From Mustelus asterias (taxonomy: Eukaryota): a DNA stretch of 64,000 bases. Every line of letters starts with the position of its first letter. Position 1 is the stretch's first letter. The DNA lies in assembly GCF_964213995.1 (NCBI RefSeq), contig NW_027590121.1, positions 62,001 through 126,000 on the forward strand, in the 5' to 3' direction. The notes beneath the pieces are model-generated. The model had not been told where the DNA came from. It searched no databases and worked only from the letters and a program-made list of their open reading frames with translations. The position numbers were made by a program, and so were the translations under genes. This document shows positions 10,517-22,964 of the stretch, piece by piece.

Positions 10517-11216
10517 CTTCCGCAATGTGACAGGGTGTGTGGGATAGGGGCAGGGTGGGGAGAAACCTTGTCTTTCTAACCTATCAGCAGAATGTGCTGG
10601 TTTCAAATAAACGTCAATAAATTCCAAGCCGAGAGTAACAGATTTGGGGAAGGTTTCCGCTATTTCATTTACATCAAACACATTTCGGACATAATCCAAA
10701 CTGTCTGAGAGAATTTGCACAATTTTGTAAAATTTGCAATATAGACATGGGCATGGCCTGAGACCAGTAACAACCAGCAGCGTCTCTAATAGTTTACAAG
10801 GCAAGTAAAGTTGAAGGAAGGAGACAACCCGAGTGTAATATAAACAGGCACCGGATCCAGTGACATTAGGACAGACATATGGGCTCAGTGTAGTAATAGC
10901 TGAGACACTAGTTTGTGCCCTGTGAGAAGAGGCATGGTCTGGACAGTTGTTAGCCAAGGCATGGCCTTGTGTATTCGAAAAAAGGAGATTATCTAATAAA
11001 ATAATACATGAAACATAGTTTAATGTTACAATAGCAAAAAAAGAGCATAAAGTATTATAAATAGAGATAAAGTTCAGTACAGCACTTATACCGAACAACG
11101 CAATTATTTAATGATAAGACAGCTTTGGTGTAATCTTTTGAATTTCTTGCAAAAGTAATTCCTGAACAATAATGTTCTGAACTGAACTGAACATCACGGG
11201 GATGTTCTGAACTCTC

Positions 11217-11231
11217 CCACAAGGTGGCAGC
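11217..11231 (+). promoter_or_regulatory. Candidate CTCF site
   Basis: CCACAAGGTGGCAGC resembles the CTCF core CCASYAGRKGGCRS (one mismatch) and lies between convergent V genes. Confidence 0.55.
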
Positions 11232-11634
11232 AAACGCTCAGAATCTGCTGACATCGCAGCGCAATGTTTGGTTAATATTTTCATGTTATTTCACACTGAA
11301 GGACAATTAACACGTTTCATTTAATTATCAACATTTTCACCTGATGTAACCCGTCTCCATTGCGGATGATATTTTAAACCGAGTGTTACTTTCCTTTTAA
11401 CACATTTCACTGCATCGACAGAGCGGCAGGAGTTTGTGTTGTTCATGGTGGGCAGCAAATGTTGCAACCACGCAGTAAATGTAATAACCATGTAAAATCC
11501 CACCGTTTCTGGTGGGATTTCTGCTGATTGATCTTGGGATGTGTGCGCAGGAAACTATTGATGTGCCAGTGTGTGTGACCGGCTGTTATAAACAGCCCTC
11601 AGCAAAAACGGGCTGTGACCCAGAAACCTGTGGC

Positions 11635-12677
11635 CGTTTTTGTACGAGGACTAAACTCGTTCCCATCTCCGCGAGACTCTGTGCACGGTAATAGACCGCG
11701 GTGTCAGACAGCCGCAGATCCACGATTGTCAATCGGTACAACTTGTCTGACTGTTGGACTCTATCAGAAAACCGGTTCTGAGCGAAATCTGCTTTGAATT
11801 CAGAACTGCCGCCAGTGTCCCTGCGGACTGCAAACTCGGGCTGCCTGCCTGGGTACTGACGGTACCAGAATAAATAATCGGTATTGTCGGTAAAGGTGCA
11901 GCTTAAAGTGACATATTTTTCCTCTGGCGGTGTGAGTGAGGAATCCCGCTGAGTAACAGAATCTCCATCGCTCTGATCTGGAACACATGGTTAAAAAAAC
12001 GGAAATAATCAACTGAACTGAACTGAAAGTGACAATTAGTGGTCAGTATTACATTGAATAAAATGGAGTTCAGACCTTTGAAAAAAAACTTGCCACAAAA
12101 TTGATCTCTGTCGGTATTACATCCGAAAGAGCGCAATTCGCCTGACTTCATCTCACTCAGAGTTTTCATCCATTTCTTTCTCCATCATCTCTATATTTGG
12201 CTTCCCTTGTGGTCATGATGTACAGATTATAAACACACGCTGTGTAGGGAGACATGTCCACAATGCCCTTTTGCATCCATTTGGACCATTACATTTATCA
12301 TATTCAATGATCCAGAAGTGAAAACAACTCTGCAGCACTAACCTATTAACCACCTTTCAATCACATTTGAAGACCTCTGTCAGGCTGTCCCTCCAGCGTC
12401 GCTTTGCGAGATCAAATAACCTCAGCCAGCACAACTATTTCTGATAGCTATTTCATGTCACTTGCGGTATCACCTTCGAAAAGATTTTTTCTCATTTACT
12501 CCTGTGCCTTTACATCTTTTCCTAACAATCCTCATGTGGTCGGAACACGTTTCAATACAAGTGTTAAATAGACTATTCACTTTTCAAATCCAATTCTCTG
12601 AAATTAATCTTAGAAGTTTTAAATTTCTCACCGACGCTGAAAGCTGCCCAGAGCACAGCGAGAACGGGGATCCACAT
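11635..12677 (-). pseudogene. TCR alpha/delta-like V gene 'B': leader exon 12677-12632, V exon 11977-11674, 23-RSS
   Basis: Leader MWIPVLAVLWAAFSV-G|GTGAG (phase 1). Open V exon QSDGDSVTQRDSSLTPPEEKYVTLSCTFTDNTDYLFWYRQYPGRQPEF...RFSDRVQQSDKLYRLTIVDLRLSDTAVYYRAQS (Cys104->Arg). RSS CGCGGAG-23-ACAAAAACG. Confidence 0.88.
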
Positions 12678-12769
12678 CGCTGCTGCTGTGTCAGAACGGT
12701 GCAGAATAGAGATTTGCAAAAGAGCAAATGTCACCTGCTGCACGACAACACAGACTCAGACCACATTTC

Positions 12770-12779
12770 TGATGTCACT
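12770..12779 (-). promoter_or_regulatory. TCR V-promoter CRE decamer AGTGACATCA
   Basis: Matches the AGTGAYRTCA decamer, about 90 bp upstream of the leader ATG of V 'B'. Confidence 0.6.
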
Positions 12780-13289
12780 TCCTGCAGGGTGTCACACGGA
12801 TGGAGCTGTCGGAGTTGCCTCTCACCAATTTGATGTTTCTTAACCAGGGGTACGTGTTTATATAGGGGAACGCAAACATAACGCCATATCCCACTGATCA
12901 TAGGTAAAGGTTTCTGAGTGCAGACAGCTGGATATCCAAGATATATAAGCGGGAAAATCACAAATATGCGCTCCCACACTAACACAACAAAAGCGATAAT
13001 TCAACGACCACCTAAAGATACAATGACCAGCAAAGGTCTATGAAGTGACGTATAAGAGCTAGTAAAAGGGATTATGAAAGGAGACTTGCAAAGCGGATCG
13101 AGATCAATAAGATAAATATTGGTTACATAAAGGAAAAGAGGGGATCAGGAGCAATTTCAGTCCATTGGAGACTGAAAGTGGTGATATTGTTATTGACTGT
13201 GGGAAAAGGGGATCCGTAGTTGCCCTTTAGAATATGGCGCTGAGCTGCTGACTTGCACCGCTGCTGTCCGAATTACACAAATAGAAATC

Positions 13290-14350
13290 GTAAGTAATCT
13301 CACAGCACCAGGTTAAAGTCCAACAGGTTTATTTGGTAGCACGAGCTTTCGGAGCGTTGCCCCTTCATCAGGTGAGTGAAGAGTTCCGTTCACAAACAGG
13401 GCATGCATAGACACAAACTCAATTACAAGATCGTGATTGGAATGGGAATCTTAACAGGTTATCAAGTCTTCACCGGTGCGGACAATGTGAGTGGAGGGAG
13501 GGTTAAGCACAGGTTAAAGAGATGTGTATTGTTTCCAGACAGGACAGTTAGTGAGATTTTGCAAGCCCAGGCAAGTCGTGGGGGTTACAGATAGTGTGAC
13601 ATGAACCCATTATCCCGGTTGCGGCCGTCCTCATGTGTGCAGAACTTGGCTATCAGTCTCTGCTCAGCGACCCTGCGTTGTCGTGTGTCATGAAGACCGC
13701 CTTGGAGAACGCTTACCCGAAGATCAGAGGCTGAATGCCCTTGACTGCTGAAGTGTTCCCCGACAGGTAGGGAACTCTTCTGCTTGGTGATTGTGGAGCG
13801 GTGTCGATTCATCCGTTGTTGTAGCGTCTGCATGGTCTCCCCAATGTATCATGCCTCGGGGCATCCTTTCCTGCAGCGTATCAGGTCGACAACGTTGGCC
13901 GAGTCGCAAGAGTAGGTACCGTGTACCTGGTGGATGGTGTTCTCACGTGAGATGATGGCATCCGTGTCGATGATCCGGCACTTCTTGCAGCGGTTGCTGT
14001 GGCAGGGTTGTGTGGTGTCGTGGTCACTGTTCTCCTGAAGGCTGGTTAGTTTGCTGCGGACAATGGTCTGTTTGAGGTTGGGCGGTTGTTTGAAGGCAAA
14101 TAGTGGAGGTGTGGGGATGGCCTTGGCGAGATGTTCGTCTTCATCGATGGCATGTTGAAGGCTCCGGAGAAGATGTAGCTTCTCTGCTCCGGGGAAGTCT
14201 GTCATGTCCGGTATTTCTCTTCTGAGGAGGTCTGTGTGGTTCTTCACTGTGGCGTGTCGGAACTGTCGATCGATGAGTTGAGCACCATATCCTCTTCTTA
14301 CGAGGGCGTCTTTCAGCGTCTGTTGGCGTCTGTTGCGATCCACCTCATCT
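13290..14350 (-). mobile_element. Penelope-like element 3' part (GIY-YIG endonuclease), degenerate
   Basis: TYSCDSANVVDLIRCRKGCPEA*YIGETMQTLQQRMNRH...PVGEHF is a GIY-YIG signature. The terminal repeat carries a hammerhead-like core. Confidence 0.85.
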
Positions 14351-14354
14351 GAGT

Positions 14355-14577
14355 AGCAAACTATCCAGCCTTCAGGAGAACAGTGACCACGACACCACAC
14401 AACCCTACCATAGCAACCTCTGTAAGACGTGCCGGATCATCGACACGGATGCCATCAGCTCACGTGAGAACTCCATCCACCAGGAGCATGGTACATACTC
14501 TTGTGACTAGGCCAACGTAGTCTACCTGATAGGCTGCAGGAAAGGATGGCCCGAGGCATGGTACATTGGCGAGACCG
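14355..14577 (+). mobile_element. Inverted partial copy of the same Penelope-like element
   Basis: Near reverse complement of about 13830-14055, ending ...PEAWYIGET. Confidence 0.8.
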
Positions 14578-14712
14578 TGGTTCGAATTGGAACTTTCCAC
14601 TGCGGGCAAACGGGGCCAGTTGGTTATTGAAAACACGGAGAGCGCGGACGCTCTGTATTACTGTGCGATACAGCCCACACTGAGGAAAGACGCTAGTCAC
14701 TGTACAAAAACC
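14578..14712 (+). pseudogene. TCR V gene 'C', 3' fragment with RSS
   Basis: FELELSTAGKRGQLVIENTESADALYYCAIQP, then CACACTG (14676-82), a 21-bp spacer and ACAAAAACC (14704-12). Confidence 0.8.
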
Positions 14713-14974
14713 TCACGCCTGTTTTCAGTTGCTGCCGCAATCCCACAGATAGTACAGCAGGCAATAGCTGCCAGAACCAGAGCAGGAAATGGAGCATATG
14801 AGCGGGGTTGCCCGGGGCTTTGCAATTCCCGACAGCGACTTTACTTTTCTCACACATATTGACAGTCATGATGTAACTCATCCGATTGAAGAAACAGTCG
14901 CTCAGTGAGTGTGGGCTTTATGGTGAGGAAATCATCCGCATTCTTTAATTTAAGCATGATACTCCACTGTTTCG

Positions 14975-15770
14975 AATCAGACATTTGGTCTATGGCCAAA
15001 TACAGAAAGACCTGGACAATATTCAGGTTTGGACTGATAAGTGGAAGCAACGTTCAGGTCACACAAGTTCCAGGCAATGACCATCTCCAAAAAGAGAGGA
15101 CCTGATGAACTTTCCTTGATATTCAAAGGCATTACCATCGCTGAATCCTCCCCCTGCTCTCCCCTTCCTCTCCCCCACCCCCAACAACATCCTGGGAGTT
15201 GACCGAAAACTGAACTGGACCGAGGAATATGAATATCGTGGCTACCGGAGCCGATCAAAGGTTAGGAATCCTGTGGTGAGTAAATCGCCTCGTGACTCCC
15301 GAAAGCCTGTCCGCCACCTACAAGGTGCAAGTCAGGGGTGTAAATGGAATGCTCCATACTTGCTGGATCAGTGCAGCTCCAACAACACTCATTATGCTCG
15401 ACCAGATACAGGACAGGGCAGTCCGCGTGATTGCGACCCATTCCATAAACATCTCTTCCAGTCACCACCGACGAACAGTGGCAGCTGTGTGCAATATCTA
15501 CGGATATACTGCAGCAACTCAACAAGGATTTTTAGGCAGCACAATCCGAACACATGAACACTGCCATGTAGGAGGACAAGGGCAGCTTTCACATGGGAAC
15601 ACCTCAATCTAGCGGTTCCCTTCCAATTATTCCACATCCTTACTTTGAAATATATCGCTGTTCCTTCACGGTCAATGAGTCAACACCCTGGACTCCCTCA
15701 CTAACAGCACAGTCGGTGTACCTGCACCTCGGGACCGCAACGCTTCAAGAAGGCAGCTCACTACCACACA
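14975..15770 (+). mobile_element. Degenerate CR1-clade LINE 3' fragment
   Basis: Q.DLDNIQVW.DKW and YK.QVR motifs typical of the post-RT region. Multiple frameshifts. Confidence 0.65.
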
Positions 15771-15777
15771 ATACACC

Positions 15778-16005
15778 ACGGATTGTCCCGGATTTACAAT
15801 AACAGTCGTGTTGCTGGGTAAGTCTCTGTGGCAGTTATTCTACATCTCATTTGTTAAATACGGCAACAGATTTTGATCCGTTTTGCATTTCGTTTCAGGA
15901 ACGAGTGCCGAGGAGTCGGTGTCCGTGGGCTCATTTGAGTTAACGATGCTGAAAGAACAGCCTGTAATTTTCTGCCATACTTACTCCACTTCTGAGTCCA
16001 TCCTC
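15778..16005 (+). pseudogene. TCR V gene 'D', 5' fragment: leader (start ACG), 81-bp intron, FR1-CDR1
   Basis: CACC-ACG-G...(T)DCPGFTITVVLL-G|GTAAGT (15817/18). Acceptor TTTCAG (15898), then TSAEESVSVGSFELTMLKEQPVIFCHTYSTSES. No WYRQ or RSS follows. Confidence 0.65.
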
Positions 16006-17262
16006 AGCTCATGTTTTTTTGTTTATTACATAAATTGCGGCATGGGAAAATCAGCAATATTCCAGCCCCCACTGTCCAAACCCCCTGCCAGCAGAAAGCA
16101 CTGGATATTTTGCTCTGTGTGTTTTCTTAGAAATGGTGAAGAGTAAATATTCAATATTTTGATTGATACCCAGTTCCGTTCACATTCAACAATAACTTGA
16201 TTTCGGAAACATCGGAGCAGTGAGTTTTGATAATGTTTCTGCCCCGTGACAGTGACAGTGATTTTTCTAATCAGCTGACCATCGTCATTTTAGCCATTGT
16301 CTTCCTTCAGGTCCGCCACCCGAAAGACATGTTCCTCATTTTTTAAAAATCTCCGTTTAATTCCAGATTTGTCACATGCCAGCGAGCCCATTGTCCTGAA
16401 AACAATGTCTCTGAACCATTGGACCACCCGGGCTCCGCCATCACCAGCTCAGTGTTGCCTTTTCCATCATTCCTTGCGTCAGATAATCCATCCTCCCTTG
16501 TAGTCTGTGACGAACCATATCTTCTGCCATTTTTAAGAAGTGACCCCGATTTACAATCTGAAAATGCAGAGAAAACTCAGCAGACTAGTTGAGATTTAAC
16601 AAATATATGAATAATATAACTCTTCCCTTAGTCGGCAATGAAAAGGATTTGGAAATATTTCTGCCCAGTTTCCAGCCATGGGAGGCGGACGTGATAACTG
16701 CAGTGGAATGTTTGCTGTCATTGGTTGAACACATCACTGGTGTTAGATCCAGAAGGGGCCATTTTGCAGGATAAGTTTGTGGTGAAAGCGGTCTGGTGTG
16801 AAAATTAAAATAACAAAAAGGTCATGAAAAAAGCAATTGTAAAACACGCTGTAATCTGCTGCTCTGGCGGTTAGAGTTTGACACTTTCGCTGCTGTGTTG
16901 ATTGCAGGGCAGGAAATGAAGATTTATTGCTCTCCTCCAACCACGAAAACAGTTATTTCCCGGGAGAACACAGAAATCCCAGTCTCGCCTTGTATCCTAT
17001 TATTTCTGAAGTGAATACCCTGAACAAATTCAACAGCAAGTCATGGTGTCCTTTCTGGGAACCAGACAAAGTTAAGGACAATTTAAATGGTGCCAGCGCT
17101 TCACTGCAGTTCATTGCGTTTCTAACTGGAGATGATCGTTGTTTGTTACAGAGTTCAGGATCATCTGATTCGGTGAAGATTTCCTGCTGGCCCATCTCCA
17201 CGGATTCTGGAATATTTCAGTATCAATACAAGAAAAGGACATGATTGCTACGTCTGCCTCGT

Positions 17263-17344
17263 GGTAGTGTGGCCGAGCGGTCTAAGGCGCTGCATTTGGG
17301 TTCTAATCTCTTCGGGGCCGTGGCGTCGAATCCCACAGCTACCA
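17263..17344 (+). pseudogene. tRNA-Leu pseudogene (anticodon position TGG)
   Basis: Paralogue of 22805-22886 with broken anticodon stem and T-arm. Confidence 0.85.
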
Positions 17345-19115
17345 GAATTGATTTCAATTTTTGTCCTTACAGTTGAAGTCCAACAGCTCACATTGAATGC
17401 AGGAGTGTGTGCAGTGTGTTTTTGACAGACGCCTTCGTAAGAACAGGATGTGGCTCTCGACTCATCGATCGACAGTTCCGACGCGCCACAGCGAAAAACC
17501 ACACCTATCTCCTCAGAAGACAAACACGGGACACGGCCGACAGAGTGCCCTTCGTCGTCCTGTACTTCCGCGGAGTGGAGGAGCTACAACATCTTCTTCG
17601 GAGCCTTTAACATGTCATTGATGAATACGAACATCTCGCCAAGGCCATCCCCACATCCCCAAAACCAGACAGCAATATTTCCAAATGCCATTCAATACAG
17701 AGTGAGGGAAAAGTTTCATAATTTATGTTTTTGCTAAATGTTAACTGATATACTGAGTATTTCCAGCATTTTCTGATTGCGAAGTCAGGAGTCACTCGGT
17801 AAAAACAACAAAAGTGAAGGTCTGTAGCAGAGAGCAAGGTAGGATGGATCAACGGACAAAGGAATGCTGGACAAAGCAATATTGAGCAGGTGATGCTGGA
17901 GGCCGGGTGGTCTAGTTTTTCAGAGTGAAGGCTTTCACCGCCAGGGCCCAGGCTCAATGACTGGGGACAAATTGTGAAAATAGAATTTGTGATGAAAATA
18001 TTGTCTCTTTCTCATTCCTGATCAACTAATCACAATTGCTGTTTAAAAGCAGCATGCCAGGACGAGTAACCTCTTCCTGTGCTGTAATGTTCTATAATTG
18101 TTTCATTTTCATCCACACTGCTGCTGCATTTAAAGTTTAGTAGTTTATTTTTTTATTGCCACAAGTAGACTTACATTAACAGTGCATGAAGATACTGTCA
18201 AAATCCCCTAGTCGCTTCACTCCGGCGCCTGTTCGTGGACACTGAGGGAGAATTTAGCATGGCCAATGCACCTTTCCAGCAAGTCTTCGGGCTGTGTGGA
18301 AGGAGTGGAGCAAGTTAGTGTGGATGCTGGAATTGGAAACAAAAAGGGAAAATGCTGGAAAATCTCAGCAAGTCTGGCAGCATCTGTAAGAAGAGAAGAG
18401 AGCTAACGTTCCGAGTCCAGATCACCCTTTGTCAAAACTGGGCGGAGTGGAGTTGCTCCGATAGAGAATACAAACGGGAACACAGGCTGAATGGTTGTCT
18501 GCTGATATAAACAACAGATCGCAAACATTGAGTCTGCAGTCCCGGCCCAGGGGATAGATTGGGACTTTCTAACTGAGGCTCAAATCTTGTCATGTCCGCT
18601 TCCCGTCATTCCTCATTGTGACTTATTTTTATTGAAAGTTATTCAAAATAAAGCAATGAATACGGAGATGATCAACTCATTGCAAATCTCTCACATCAGC
18701 GTCACTGAGGGTCCAGTGATCAGGATCAGCGCCGTGACGCGGTTTAGATTCCCAGTCACGGAGTGAATAACTTTTTGTTCAATTCTTCATTTAATGAAAA
18801 CACGCCTCAGAGCGTCTGTGAAGGGAGCAACATCTAAATCTTTCAGCCGGATGAACTTGCATCTCAGTTGGAAAAGTCAGAGATGTAACACTAACGATAA
18901 ACTCTGAAGAAGATTCACATGGCACGCACAACATACATGTCAGATACACACACAGCACACATGTCAAATCATGTCACTTTCAAGTTCCGTCTTTTAACCT
19001 CCTGCTCTCCACCTCAGACATTTCCACATTCATCAAAAATCTCCAACCTCAAACCCCATCCTGTTCCTTAATCCATTGATAATGCTACCCGTACCGCAAG
19101 CACTTTGCAGCATTT

Positions 19116-19188
19116 GGCTCCATAGCTCAGTGCTTGGAGCACTGGTCTTATAAACCAGGAGTCGCGAGTTCAATTCTCACTGGAGCCT
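19116..19188 (+). tRNA. tRNA-Thr(TGT)-type body with TAT anticodon; probable pseudogene
   Basis: GGCTCCATAGCTCAG...CTGGT-CT-TAT-AA-ACCAG...TGGAGCCT. D-loop GG mutated and one T-stem mismatch. Confidence 0.75.
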
Positions 19189-21088
19189 GCCGACAAAACT
19201 TTGCTAATATGAGCTGTCGGGAAAAGGCAGATCGAATGGGAGGCAAAACAGAGTGCTTTTATGGGTCGAGGGGCAGATTGGGTGCAACTTTGGAAAACAA
19301 AAACATATTCTCATTCGTGAAAAAATAGAAAGAGCAGAACATACTTGACGAGCTAAAAAATGTAAATATTGATATTAAGAATAGAATAGATGCGTTGTCC
19401 TCGGAATGCATGAAGGTGAAGCAGATAATTGGAAGGGAAATTACATTTTGGTCTTTCTTGCCGGCAGACTGGAGTTCAAGAATAACAAGGTGTTTCTGCT
19501 GTTGCATTGGGTTTTGTTGAGACCAGGTTGAATATTCTGTGCAGATGTGATAGTCACATTTAAAAAGGGATATGCTTGCATTGGAAGCGGTAAAGAGAAG
19601 TTTCACCAGATTGCTCCCTGGGGTGAGGGAGTTGTCCTGTGATGAAATTCTCTGGAGTATAGAAGAATAAGAGGCGATCTATTTAAACCTACACAGTTCT
19701 GATTAGGTTTGACAGGATGGAGACTGAGATATTGTTTTTTCTGCTGGTCGGGAATCTAACCCACTGCGGCACAGATAAGGGGCTGCTCATTTAGTGCGAA
19801 GATAAGGAGCAATTACTTCACTCAAAGGGCGAGAATCTTTGGCATTCTCTGTACCTGACAGTTATGTATGCCCCCTCATCGAGCACATTTAACGTTGGGA
19901 TAAACATGGTTCTGATCTCTTGAAGAATTTAGCGATATGGGGAGCTGGTGGAAAAACAAAGTTGCAGCCCAACATCAGCCATGATGGTATTGAATGGTGG
20001 AAATCTCGATGGACCGAGTGGTCTGCTCCTCCTCCTATGATTCATGTTAGAATAAAAACAGAAAGGACTGGAAGTTCTCAGGAGGGCTTGCAACAAATGT
20101 CGAGCAAAACAGAGAGTTAAGTTTCCGAATTCAATATGACTCTTTTCAAACCAGTAGCCAAGTGTGAGTTATAACAACTAGCACAAGGTCCAGACTGCGA
20201 ATTGAATTGGATCCAGGCAGCCTTGAATTTAAACTGCTGCAGGATTTATGTTGGAAAATTGTTCAGGAAAGTGAGCTGCCAACTGAAAGTTTGGAGGTTT
20301 GAGAGCACCCCGAGCCAAATAGACTCCCTCTATTTCTGTTTCTACTTATATTCCGACATAGATATTCTTTGTATCCTTCTGCAATAGGGAAATATTGTCC
20401 AAACTTTGCCAGTCTTGCTAATATTCGCTAAATTGTCATACAAATCGATCGATGAATATTCATTTCAAATAAAACGAGATACATTAGGTCATGCTGTTGT
20501 ATATTTCCAACCTATTAGAAATATGGGATTCACAGTAACTGAGAGAAATTGATGCTGTAGTTGCAGATATAGAACTGGAACGCACCATCACACCGAGTGA
20601 ATCCACTGTCTGTTTAAATGTTGATCAGTGAAAATTTCAATCATCCTCTGCTGTGTAACACACGGCCACTGAGTCAATGAGCAATAGCCAGTCAAAAAAA
20701 TCCTGTATCAGTCAATCTTTCTCGCAACTTTCAAACATGTTGTTATTCTCTGTACCATTTGCCATTGAGGTATATGAAGAAGTGAACGCAGTTTGTGATG
20801 GTAAAAGATGTGTTCATCCCTTCTGGGAAATGAATCACATTGATGCACAGAGGAACACACACCGACACCGAGAGTCACAGAGGGGTGACGAGACACAAAC
20901 ACATGTCACTAACTGGGTTCAGTTTTGTTCCATTTCTGGCTGGGGTTTTGGTGAATTCTCGCTGATGAACAGAAATGAAGGAACGTGGAAGTGAAACAGG
21001 AAAAACAGATGGGAATATTTGAAAGATTTTGATTCCATTGAACGAATAATTAATCCTGCTGTCACCTAAAGGAATGAATGCGGAGCAG

Positions 21089-21166
21089 CGCAGTGGGTGA
21101 GGATCAAATCTTCGTGAGAAAACAGCAATTTCAAATCCACCGCCTGAGCCGCTTGGCCACCACTGC
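21089..21166 (-). pseudogene. tRNA-Ser(TGA)-like pseudogene
   Basis: Minus strand GCAGTGGTGGCCAAGCGGCTCAGGCGGTGGATTTGAAAT...; heavily decayed. Confidence 0.55.
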
Positions 21167-21327
21167 AACCGGTGTCAATGTGTTAGTGTTACTCATATTA
21201 AATCATTGAATAGTGACAGCAACAAAAGGGAACATTCGGTCCCAGGAGGTCACGCTGCACCTTTCATCCCTCTTTTTTCTTCCTTACAAAATGCCACACG
21301 CCGAACAGACAAACAAGCTGCACATTT

Positions 21328-21408
21328 TGGCAGTGGTGGCATTTAAACCCACAACTTTTGAGATATTGAAGATTTGATTTAGCAACTAAAACCATTCGGC
21401 CCCACTGC
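21328..21408 (-). pseudogene. tRNA-Leu-like pseudogene
   Basis: Ends GGCAGTGGGGCCGAATGG ... CCACCACTGCCA resemble Leu; interior decayed. Confidence 0.5.
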
Positions 21409-21699
21409 CAGTCGAAGCCACGTGCTAACTGTTGCGCAGAGTGATATCTGCAACGGATTAGAATATAATTGGGATTTTGGATGGAATATTTCGCCCCTTA
21501 AGCCCCTCACAATATTTTGGAATCATAGCCAAACACTTGTTTTCCATCTGTTACATTTCTGACTTTTCCAGCTCTGATGAAAGATCCAGATGCAAGATTA
21601 GCTTTGTTTCTCACTCCACAGACGCTGCCAGATCTGGTTTCATTCAATGAAGGTTTCCTTTTCATGGTGTGAGTTCACACAGCAACACAAACGAATTAC

Positions 21700-21770
21700 T
21701 CTCTGGCTGGGGATTGAATCCAGTCCATAGTGAAGAAAGTGCCAAATCCAAACCACTGGTCCAGCAGGGA
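21700..21770 (-). pseudogene. tRNA-Glu-like pseudogene
   Basis: Minus strand TCCCTGCTGGACCAGTGGTTTGGATTTGGCACTTTC.... Similar remnants near 28500 and 34900. Confidence 0.55.
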
Positions 21771-22804
21771 AGCTGACAGTGACTTTCCCAATCAGCGGAT
21801 CATCGTCATTTTAGCCATTCTCTTCCTTCTCTTCCGTCACACAATAGACAGGTTCCTCATTTTTGAAAAACAATACTCTGCTTCTTACCACATTTGCCAC
21901 CTGCCATCGAGTCCATGGTCGTGAAAACGATGACTTTGCACCATTGGAATACCCGAGTTCCACCATCACCAGCTCAATGTTGCCTTGTCTATCATTCCTT
22001 GTGTCAAATAATACATCCTCCTTTGTTTTCTGTGCCGAACCTCACCTTCTGTCCTTTTTATTGAGTGGCCCCTGACTTAGCAATTAGAAAATGCAGGGGA
22101 AACCCATCAGACTAATTAAAATGTGCAAATATATGAATAAAATAACTTTTCCCTCAGTCTGCAATGAAAATGATTTGGAAAAAAAAATCTGCCCAGTTTC
22201 ATACCGTGGGAGGCGGACGCGATAACTGTCGTAGAATTATTCCTGTAATTGGCTGAACACTTCTCTGGTGTTGAAACGGAAGGTGCCATTTTGCAGGAGA
22301 AGTTCGTGGTGCAAGTGGTCTGGCGTGGAAATTAAAATAACAAAAGGATCGTGGGCAAAGCAAATAGCAAAACACGCTGCAACCTGTTGGTCTGATGGTT
22401 AGAATTTGAAACTTTCACTGCTGTTTTGATTGCAGGTCAGGAAATGAAGATTTATTGCTCTCCTCCAAGCCGTGAGAACAAATATCAGCTATTTCCCGGC
22501 AGAACGCACAAATCCCAGTCTCGCCTTGTGTCCTGTCCTTTCTCAAGTGAAGACCCTGAGCAAATTCAACAGGAAGCCATATTGTCCTTTCTGGGAGCTA
22601 GACGAGGTTAAGGACAGTTTAAATGGAGCCGGCCCTTCACTGCAGCTCATTGTGTTTCTGACTGGAGATGATTTTTGTTTGCTGCGCATTTCAGGATCAT
22701 CTGATTCGGTTACGATTTCGTCATGGCCCATCCCAACTCCACAGGTTTTGATATATTTCAGTATTAATGCAATGGAACGACATGATAAGGGCACTTTCTT
22801 GTGT

Positions 22805-22886
22805 GGTAGCGTGGCCGAGCGGTCTAAGGCGCTGGATTTAGGCTCCAGTCTCTCTCGAGGCGTGGGTTCGAATCCCACCGCTGCCA
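22805..22886 (+). tRNA. tRNA-Leu(TAG), apparently intact
   Basis: GGTAGCGTGGCCGAGCGGTCTAAGGCGCTGGATTTAGGCTCCAG...GTGGGTTCGAATCCCACCGCTGCCA. All main stems pair, A and B boxes are intact, and a TTTTT terminator lies about 14 nt downstream. Confidence 0.95.
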
Positions 22887-22964
22887 GAGTTGATGCAAGT
22901 TTTTGTCCTTGGAGCTGAAGTCCAACAGCTCAGGTTGAACGTCGGAATCTGAGCGGTGTCGTTT

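Noticed and set aside
10289-11098. 269-aa minus-strand ORF
   Set aside because: Non-ATG start, no recognisable domain, and antisense to the V 3' half/RSS. Likely chance.
20202-20387. DSLYFC motif resembling a V FR3
   Set aside because: Wrong spacing, no WYRQ-like region, and no RSS downstream.
20760-20830. Minus-strand TNCVHFFIYLNGKWYRE resembling a GPCR TM7 end
   Set aside because: Too short, and no other TM segments could be traced by eye.
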